From Caldisericales bacterium (lineage in GTDB: Bacteria > Caldisericota > Caldisericia > JAAYUI01), in NCBI GenBank assembly GCA_022707885.1, contig JAKIZT010000002.1, positions 34,458-98,457 on the forward strand: 64,000 bases of DNA. Direction: 5' to 3'. The notes beneath the pieces were generated by a model. The model worked only from the letters and a program-made list of their open reading frames with translations. It had not been told where the DNA came from and did not search any database. The translations under genes and the position numbers were made by a program. Each line of letters begins with the position of its first letter. Positions within the stretch are counted from its first letter, which is position 1. Shown here piece after piece: positions 58,161-64,000 of the stretch.

Positions 58161-58195
58161 TTTGCCAGTGCACTCACGATGAGTGCACTGGCAAA
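58161..58195. terminator. rho-independent terminator (gccagtgcactc-acgat-gagtgcactggc)
   Basis: Perfect 12-bp stem downstream of the radical SAM gene. Confidence 0.55.
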
Positions 58196-58230
58196 TGAGA
58201 TCACTCAAACAACTTGTTCAAGGTCAGGAT

Positions 58231-59352
58231 TTATTTTGATACAGCAACTTTCTCTTTTTTATTACAGGGTTCTTTATTACACGCCCCAAGCTCTCTCTCA
58301 AGCCATGCTCTCTGGTTGAACAGCGTACAGCCTCCACTTTCATCGAGCATTCCATGCGACTCCCTGATTTTCCTGAGAAACTCCGAGCGAAGGGCATTTT
58401 TCAGGCTCATGTCCTGCAATGACGAATCCGAGAAAGGGGCAAACGGGCAAGGCTCGACTTCGCCCCTTGCGCTTATGTGCACAAAACCTTTTCCTGCGGC
58501 AAGGCAGCCCGTTGATTCATTTTCTTCTCCAGGAAAGGCTATAAAAAGTCCCGGGAAATGCTTTCTGAATGATTTTACGCTCTCGACAAGCTGGACCCTC
58601 TGGGCATCATCTGGAACACTATTTTGCGTGCCTGCCTCAAAAGGAACATATTCCACATAAAAGAAAACCCTTGAGCCAAGGTGCAGGAGTCCTTCCACAA
58701 AAGCACCGAATGTGACAAGATCAGCATTCTCTGATGTAACCGTTATTGAATTGCCATAGAATACCCCTGCTCTCTTGAGCTTGCGCATCACTTCGTGAAC
58801 TTTTCCAAAAGTTCCTTCACCCCTTCTTCTGTCAGTTTCTTCCTTGCCACCTTCGATACTTATTATTGGAACAAGGTTTGGGGTGCGCTTGAGAAGAGCA
58901 ATTGCATCGTCATCAAACAGCAAACCGTTTGTAAAAACGGCAAACACCATGTTCTTGTGGGACTGGGCAAGCTTGAACAGGTCGTTTCTGGTGAAAGGTT
59001 CCCCTCCAACAATAACAGCGATCCTCATGCCAATATCATCAGCCTGGGAGATTACATCAAACAGCTTTTCGCTCGTGAGTCCCTCCCCGCCTATCCTGTC
59101 CTGTGCATGTGCATAACATCCCTTGCAGTGAAGATTACACTGCCTGGTAACACTAATTATGGAAAGCGGCGGCACCCTCAGGTTTTCTTCCCTGAGCAGC
59201 TTCTCGCGCACTTTTGAAGCTCGAAGCTGTGCCATGAGCATTTTTCCGAAGAAAATTGCACGGCGTGGCGATGAAAGCGTTATTCTTGCGGCGTCCTTGA
59301 ACAGCCCAGAAATCGAGCCATCAAAAACTTTTATGTAGTCAGTGTTTTCCAT
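58231..59352 (-). CDS. radical SAM enzyme with C-terminal SPASM/twitch-type auxiliary cluster domain
   Basis: CNLHCKGC (Cx3Cx2C), GGEPF glycine-rich motif. C-terminal CLAAGKGFVHISARGEVEPC (Cx13Gx4C hallmark) plus …GGC…GACNKEPC. GAGGAAAGGA RBS before the ATG at 59352. Confidence 0.7.
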   Translation of the reverse strand: MENTDYIKVFDGSISGLFKDAARITLSSPRRAIFFGKMLMAQLRASKVREKLLREENLRVPPLSIISVTRQCNLHCKGCYAHAQDRIGGEGLTSEKLFDVISQADDIGMRIAVIVGGEPFTRNDLFKLAQSHKNMVFAVFTNGLLFDDDAIALLKRTPNLVPIISIEGGKEETDRRRGEGTFGKVHEVMRKLKRAGVFYGNSITVTSENADLVTFGAFVEGLLHLGSRVFFYVEYVPFEAGTQNSVPDDAQRVQLVESVKSFRKHFPGLFIAFPGEENESTGCLAAGKGFVHISARGEVEPCPFAPFSDSSLQDMSLKNALRSEFLRKIRESHGMLDESGGCTLFNQRAWLERELGACNKEPCNKKEKVAVSK

Positions 59353-59559
59353 TTCAAATCCTTTCCTCATATCCAACAAGACATTAGACATGTTTGCAAG
59401 ATTTTTATTTGGGAGGCCACATTAAAACACTTAAGAAATCAAAGAAATACGTCAAAAACTCAAATCCTTTCTGTCGCATGGAACCAAAAACCAATACAAC
59501 GACCAAAAAATGAGCCAATAGACACTTGAATATTATGTGCATATGTTCATAATATAACT

Positions 59560-60210
59560 ATGTCCAGGCCAAAAAATTGCCGGTTTGTTGATCAAAGTTT
59601 TATAAGGACACGCTTTCTTCCAGACTCAACTCCAAATGGCGACATCGTTCTGACTGCCGACGAGGTGGAAGCGCTCAAACTTTCTGGAGAAGACCTTCTC
59701 CAGATAAAAGCGTGCAGAATGATGGGAGTATCAAGAACCACCTACGCCAGAATACTCACCAATGCATGCAAAAAAGTTGCAGACGCCCTGATCAACCAAA
59801 AGGCAATCACATTAACCGAAGGGCACCACAACATAAGGAAGATTCAGGAGACAGAAAAAATGACAAAAATTATTGCAGTACCAGTTGAGCAGGACACAGC
59901 AAATCCAACCGTGTCAGGGCATTTTGGCAAATCACCGTTTTTTGCAGTGCTCGATCTCGAGAACGGGAAAAAGGAGTTTCACTCATTTGACCATGGTGGT
60001 TGCGGAGATATAGCTTTTTCTCTTGAAAAACTCGGCGTAAAAGCGGTATTGGTCAAGGGGATAGGGCAAAAACCAAAATCTGTTCTTGACCAGCTCGGAA
60101 TATCCGTCCTTCTGGCACAGGGAGAGGATCTTGAGCAGGTGGTAGAAAGTTTCAAAAAAGGCTCAAGTGTAAATTTTGAGGGCAGCTGTAACCACGACCA
60201 CGGGAACTAG
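59560..60210 (+). CDS. DUF134 (UPF0251, predicted DNA-binding) fused to a NifX/NafY-like dinitrogenase FeMo-cofactor-binding domain
   Basis: N-terminal …LSGEDLLQIKACRMMGVSRTTYARIL… is an HTH. C-terminal …KIIAVPVEQD…GHFGKSPFFAVLDLENG…GCGDIAF…VKAVLVKGIGQKP matches the NifB/NifX-type fold. Confidence 0.6.
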   Translation: MSRPKNCRFVDQSFIRTRFLPDSTPNGDIVLTADEVEALKLSGEDLLQIKACRMMGVSRTTYARILTNACKKVADALINQKAITLTEGHHNIRKIQETEKMTKIIAVPVEQDTANPTVSGHFGKSPFFAVLDLENGKKEFHSFDHGGCGDIAFSLEKLGVKAVLVKGIGQKPKSVLDQLGISVLLAQGEDLEQVVESFKKGSSVNFEGSCNHDHGN

Positions 60211-60219
60211 CTTCCAGGT

Positions 60220-60819
60220 TCAGTACCCGTAGCGCTCCTCTTTCCATGGGTCGCCGTGTTCATGATAGCCATAGGATTCCCAGAAACCCAGTTTGTTTCG
60301 CGGAATAAACTCCAGGCCGGTGACCCATTTGGCCGATTTCCAGAAATACAGCCTCGGAACAACCAGGCGAACAGGAAAGCCGTGTTCCAGCGAGATTGGC
60401 TCACCATTAAACTTCAGCGCAAAAACCACATCATCCTGAAAAAAATCATGGAGTGGAATGTTTGTTGTAAAATCATTATGGCCATGGATCATGACAAATT
60501 TGGCCTCTGGCCTTATTTTCACAAGGTCGCGTATCACCAGAGCAGATATACCCTCAAAAACATTGTCCAGTCTTGACCAGCCTGTAACGCAATGGATGTC
60601 GCACCTGACCTCGGTCATTGGCAGTCCGGAAAACTCCTCGTAAGAAAATGATTTTTCCTCCTCCACCAGCCCAAAAATCGAGAATCTCCATTTTTCAATA
60701 TCAACTACCGGTGTCTGGCCATAATGCAAAACCGGAAACGAAGTAGTCTCGCTTTGCCCTGGGGGAATTCTTTTGTCTCTCTTTGTGTCCGGGCTTACAA
60801 CCACCTTTTTTTGCTCCAT
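60220..60819 (-). CDS. molybdopterin-dependent oxidoreductase, sulfite-oxidase/YedY(MsrP)-like catalytic subunit
   Basis: …VRCDIHCVTGWSRLDNVFEG… and …GFPVRLVVPRLYFWKSAKWV… resemble the Moco-binding core. Confidence 0.65.
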   Translation of the reverse strand: MEQKKVVVSPDTKRDKRIPPGQSETTSFPVLHYGQTPVVDIEKWRFSIFGLVEEEKSFSYEEFSGLPMTEVRCDIHCVTGWSRLDNVFEGISALVIRDLVKIRPEAKFVMIHGHNDFTTNIPLHDFFQDDVVFALKFNGEPISLEHGFPVRLVVPRLYFWKSAKWVTGLEFIPRNKLGFWESYGYHEHGDPWKEERYGY

Positions 60820-61039
60820 GGACGGGCATGATATTACCCCAGAAGCCTCTGGTCAACGGGGTTGGTAAAGATATTAGCAACAAATGATTTACAAATCATC
60901 CTCACCACTCACAGCCGATGTTTCACCTTCAGAGATGTTTTTTGTCAATCTTATTAAGATCTGTATTCAAAGCTGCCCATACTTTGAAGACGGTGACGCT
61001 TTGTATATGTTGGTCTGTCCAAACAGGCGATGTTTTTTC

Positions 61040-61068
61040 TTGACTTGGAGCAACGGCAATAATAGGAT
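61040..61068. promoter_or_regulatory. sigma70-like promoter for tRNA-Thr (TTGACT-17-TAGGAT)
   Basis: Hexamers read in the sequence about 11 nt upstream of the tRNA 5' end. Confidence 0.3.
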
Positions 61069-61079
61069 ATCAATCCGAC

Positions 61080-61155
61080 GCCGGCGTAGCTCAGTTGGTA
61101 GAGCAGCTGACTTGTAATCAGCAGGTCGACCGTTCGAATCGGTTCGCCGGCTCCA
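61080..61155 (+). tRNA. tRNA-Thr (anticodon TGT), CCA encoded
   Basis: Cloverleaf folded by hand: acceptor GCCGGCG/CGCCGGC, D-arm UAGCUCAGUUGGUAGAGCA, anticodon stem GCUGA/UCAGC with loop CUUGUAA, T-arm GGUUCGAAUC, 3' UCCA. Confidence 0.85.
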
Positions 61156-61271
61156 GTCTTTTCAAGACCACCTGTCAAGACACCCGCAAATATTGACTAT
61201 TAAAAAAACAAACAATATTATTTGCTAGCAAAGATATTGCCTGGCAAAAAGCACGGGCAAAAGGCGGGGCC

Positions 61272-61817
61272 ATGCCGGACGAAAAGAAGCTAACCGAAGA
61301 AACAATCGAATCTGAAAAGATGCTTTTTGACATAATCCTGAAGCTCGTCGACACAACAGACAAAACCATTCTCGACCTGGACTCAAAGCTAAACCAGATC
61401 TTCATTTTCTACGCCACCACAATGGGCATCCTGATCGGCGTTGTAAACAAAGACTACCTTACCTTCATCTTCACCGAAGCTGCCGACTACACGATAGTTT
61501 TTGCCGTTTTTGCACTCTGCTTCATAGCCACTCTTGCCCTGCTGATAAACGGCCTCTGGCCAAGAAAATTCGTTGAATTGCCCGATCTGGCATGGATGGA
61601 GAAACTGTCCGATTACCTAAAGGACCACCCGAAGTACACCCTCGCCGAGTTGGTCACACACGACCTGGAGATAACAAAAAAGTGCATATTCAAGGCAATC
61701 CACGCAAGCGAAAGGGCCGCAGACCTGAAAGGGTTCTGCTACAAAGCCGCGCTGGTGACGATCGTCCTCTCCCTCGTGGCGTTTTTTACTTCACTTGTGA
61801 TGTATTATGTGCCGTAA
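61272..61817 (+). CDS. three-TM membrane protein of unknown function adjacent to tRNA-Thr
   Basis: Cytoplasmic N-terminus, helices IFIFYATTMGILIGVV, IVFAVFALCFIATLALLINGLW, ALVTIVLSLVAFFTSLVMYYV. Confidence 0.5.
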   Translation: MPDEKKLTEETIESEKMLFDIILKLVDTTDKTILDLDSKLNQIFIFYATTMGILIGVVNKDYLTFIFTEAADYTIVFAVFALCFIATLALLINGLWPRKFVELPDLAWMEKLSDYLKDHPKYTLAELVTHDLEITKKCIFKAIHASERAADLKGFCYKAALVTIVLSLVAFFTSLVMYYVP

Positions 61818-61891
61818 GATTGATTTTTTATTTACATTATTAACTCATTCATGAGGTACTTTTTTTGTTTCTTAGGTCATATAATTGAAAT

Positions 61892-63685
61892 ATGGAAAAC
61901 TCAATTGAATCAATAGAAATGAATTTGAATAGTCTATTTCATGATTTTTATAGAGTCCCCCAATACCAAAGAGAATATGTTTGGGAGTACGAACAAGTAC
62001 AAAATTTACTGGAAGACGCAGAAGAAGAATTTGGAACTACAACTTCAACTAATAATTATTTTATTGGAACAATGATAACAATCCTTAATAATAAAAAGTA
62101 TGATATAATTGATGGCCAACAAAGACTTACTACTATATTTATATTCTTATGTGTTGTTAGGGATTTACTAATAATGGAGAAAGGCAAAAAGATCAATGAT
62201 CTTCAATCTCTTTTATGTAAGATAGCCAATTTTACAGATGATCCATCAGGTGAAATAGGCTCTGTAAAAGAATTTAAAGTTCATTTACTTTATAAAGATA
62301 GCCAAGATATCCTTGAAGAAATCGGTAAGAACCCAGAAGAAAGAGGTAGTATCGAAGATATTGATAAAAAGATTACAAATAAAACAAAATCTGTAAAAAG
62401 AATAATAAACACCTATAGAACTATTTGGTCTTATATGTATAGTTGGTCTGAGGATCAAATATGGAATTTTTATTTGAATTTCCTTAACAATGTAAGAGTT
62501 GTTAGAATAGTTACACCAAGTGAGTCTGGAGCTTTGCAAATTTTTGAAAGAATAAACTCAAGAGGTTTGGGGTTAGATAATCTGAGCCTGATAAAAAATC
62601 TCTTATTTATAAATGTTAGAAACAATAATGAGATGGAGGATATAAATATAACTTGGAAAGATATCACAAATAACTTAGAAAGTTGCAATGAAGACCCTGA
62701 TAGATTTTTAAGATACTTTATTTTTAGTAATTATGAATCAGATATTATTAAAAAAAGAGAGGCTTATAGCTGGTTTAAAAAAGATTTTAATAAACAAATT
62801 ATTGAAAAAAATCCTATTGATTTTATTAAAAAACTACATAAACAAAGTTTATTTCATAATAAGCTAATAAAAGAAAAGAGGAATTTTGATAACACCAGTA
62901 ACCCCTATTTAGAGAACTTATTTTATTTAAACACATCAGCGAGACAACCATTAATTTTGCTTCTGGCAGCCAGAGACCTACCAAAAGATTTATTCCAATA
63001 CTTATCACAGTGGGTAGAAAATTATTATGCTGTAAACCTTTTATCTGGTGGGAGGACTAATGAATTGGAAGGCAATTTCCAAAAATGGGCGCAAATATTT
63101 CTAAAAGAAAAGCCTAACAACAAAGAGCAACTAGATATTTTTATAAATAAAACGCTAAAGGAAAAAATTTTAGAAAAAAAAGATAAGTTTTATAATGAAT
63201 TTATAAATATGAGTTTGACAACAATCAAAACCTTATCGAAATTAAAATATATTCTTGCCAAAATAGAGGGTTACTTATACGCAAAAGCAAATAATGTGTC
63301 TAATTTAAGTATTGGAAATTACTTAAATAAAAATATTACGATTGAACATATTTTACCAGAAACAGAAGGGATATGGAGGAATAAGTTTGATAAGCCCCAT
63401 AAAGAGTATTATCAAAGATTAGGAAATCTGACATTACTTGAAGATTCAATAAACTCTTCTTTAAGCAACAGGGAATTTGAAAATAAGAAAAAAGGGTATT
63501 TTGACTCTAATATTATTTTAACAAAATCAATCGCTAGGAAACCAAGTGGTACTAAAGATACAAAAATAGATAAAATCTATAAAAATTGTTTAATCCAATT
63601 TGAAAAATGGGATTCAGTTTCAATAGAAAAAAGACAAGAAATGCTTGCAAATGTTGCACTAAAAACGTGGGGTATTATAGAGTAA
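61892..63685 (+). CDS. DUF262-DUF1524 fusion: GmrSD-family type IV (modification-dependent) restriction endonuclease
   Basis: N-terminal …FYRVPQYQREYVW… and DIIDGQQRLTT (the DGQQR ParB/Srx-like motif of DUF262). C-terminal …IEHILPE…LGNLTLLEDSIN (HNH/His-Me-like DUF1524). Very AT-rich. Confidence 0.75.
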   Translation: MENSIESIEMNLNSLFHDFYRVPQYQREYVWEYEQVQNLLEDAEEEFGTTTSTNNYFIGTMITILNNKKYDIIDGQQRLTTIFIFLCVVRDLLIMEKGKKINDLQSLLCKIANFTDDPSGEIGSVKEFKVHLLYKDSQDILEEIGKNPEERGSIEDIDKKITNKTKSVKRIINTYRTIWSYMYSWSEDQIWNFYLNFLNNVRVVRIVTPSESGALQIFERINSRGLGLDNLSLIKNLLFINVRNNNEMEDINITWKDITNNLESCNEDPDRFLRYFIFSNYESDIIKKREAYSWFKKDFNKQIIEKNPIDFIKKLHKQSLFHNKLIKEKRNFDNTSNPYLENLFYLNTSARQPLILLLAARDLPKDLFQYLSQWVENYYAVNLLSGGRTNELEGNFQKWAQIFLKEKPNNKEQLDIFINKTLKEKILEKKDKFYNEFINMSLTTIKTLSKLKYILAKIEGYLYAKANNVSNLSIGNYLNKNITIEHILPETEGIWRNKFDKPHKEYYQRLGNLTLLEDSINSSLSNREFENKKKGYFDSNIILTKSIARKPSGTKDTKIDKIYKNCLIQFEKWDSVSIEKRQEMLANVALKTWGIIE

Positions 63686-63724
63686 TTATTCCCGTAAACT
63701 TTCACAAACCCAATAAAAATCCAA

Positions 63725-63752
63725 AAGCCAGGGCACAAAAACCCTGGCTTTT
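63725..63752. terminator. rho-independent terminator (gccaggg-cacaaaaa-ccctggc plus T-run) after the GmrSD gene
   Basis: Perfect 7-bp stem, read in the sequence. Confidence 0.5.
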
Positions 63753-63792
63753 GGTTAATAACAAAACTTGTCGCCCTTAAAAGGGCATAAAA

Positions 63793-64000
63793 TCAACCAA
63801 ACTTGTGCTGGACGCCGTAGCCGCCCCTTGGGAAGTTCCAGGTGATGTTGAAATACGGGCACCCTATCCTGCAGGAGCCGCACTCGAGGCAACCTTCATA
63901 GACCACCCTGATGTGGTCTTCGTCCCAGATGTAGACTTTTGCCGGGCAGAAGATTGTGCAGGGCTTGCCTTCGCACTTCCTGCAAACTTCCATGTCGGCG
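63793..64000 (-). CDS. fixX: FixX-like ferredoxin (ETF-associated), C-terminal part; the gene probably continues beyond the window end
   Basis: …CEGKPCTIFCPAKVY…EGCLECGSCRIGCPYFNITWNFPRGGYGV matches the FixX ferredoxin-like pattern. The expected N-terminal roughly 30 aa are missing. Confidence 0.55.
   Translation of the reverse strand, partial: ADMEVCRKCEGKPCTIFCPAKVYIWDEDHIRVVYEGCLECGSCRIGCPYFNITWNFPRGGYGVQHKFG

Noticed and set aside
60884-61178. Two ORFs (60884..61117 +, 60954..61178 -) overlapping the tRNA-Thr gene
   Set aside because: The region folds into a canonical tRNA cloverleaf with encoded CCA. The ORFs are artefacts of the tRNA and promoter sequence.
1-64000. CRISPR arrays, rRNA genes, integrases, transposases, prophage blocks
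   Set aside because: I looked for direct repeats of 25-40 nt with regular spacing and for recombinase or terminase-like ORFs and found none. The low-GC islets carry no recognisable mobility gene within the window.

Overview
This 64 kb window reads as a bacterial chromosomal segment. The dcw-type division genes (ftsQ-like, ftsZ, yggS, sepF), mltG, M23 peptidases, bactofilin and Shine-Dalgarno sites support that. GC looks moderate, about 45% by eye. Most genes sit on the minus strand.

The housekeeping core includes an ABC exporter, tldD/pmbA, ahcY, deoB, rlmN, ruvX, alaS, rtcB, apbC/mrp and one tRNA-Thr(TGT). An amino-acid fermentation theme runs through the window: hutI with a bifunctional ftcD (histidine to glutamate), and gdhA, ptb and buk with an unknown gene inserted between ptb and buk. 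There is also a hypF-hypC-hypD-[lipoprotein]-hypE [NiFe]-hydrogenase maturation operon with no hydrogenase structural genes in the window.

Several small islets look accessory or horizontally acquired:
- A low-GC methyltransferase plus 208-aa partner cassette (likely type II restriction-modification) directly downstream of ahcY.
- A low-GC DUF262-DUF1524 (GmrSD-like type IV restriction) gene and a small membrane protein next to tRNA-Thr.
- A radical SAM/SPASM enzyme beside a DUF134-NifX-like regulator and a molybdopterin oxidoreductase.
- A NapH-like polyferredoxin coupled to a novel three-repeat membrane protein.
- A MarR-GNAT fusion next to a perfect 16-bp palindrome.
- A second, N-terminally divergent butyrate-kinase paralogue coupled to a P-loop ATPase.
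- Four paralogous small secreted proteins sharing a GPFF motif.
- Three giant repeat-rich surface proteins.

One small secreted-protein gene carries an in-frame TGA followed by a strong hairpin (selenocysteine or readthrough versus pseudogene). TGA is a normal stop elsewhere, for example at the end of the ABC transporter gene.

No CRISPR array, rRNA gene, integrase or transposase was recognised. Coordinates of starts are my best choice among candidates in the ORF track. All functional calls rest on motif recognition by eye, not database searches.
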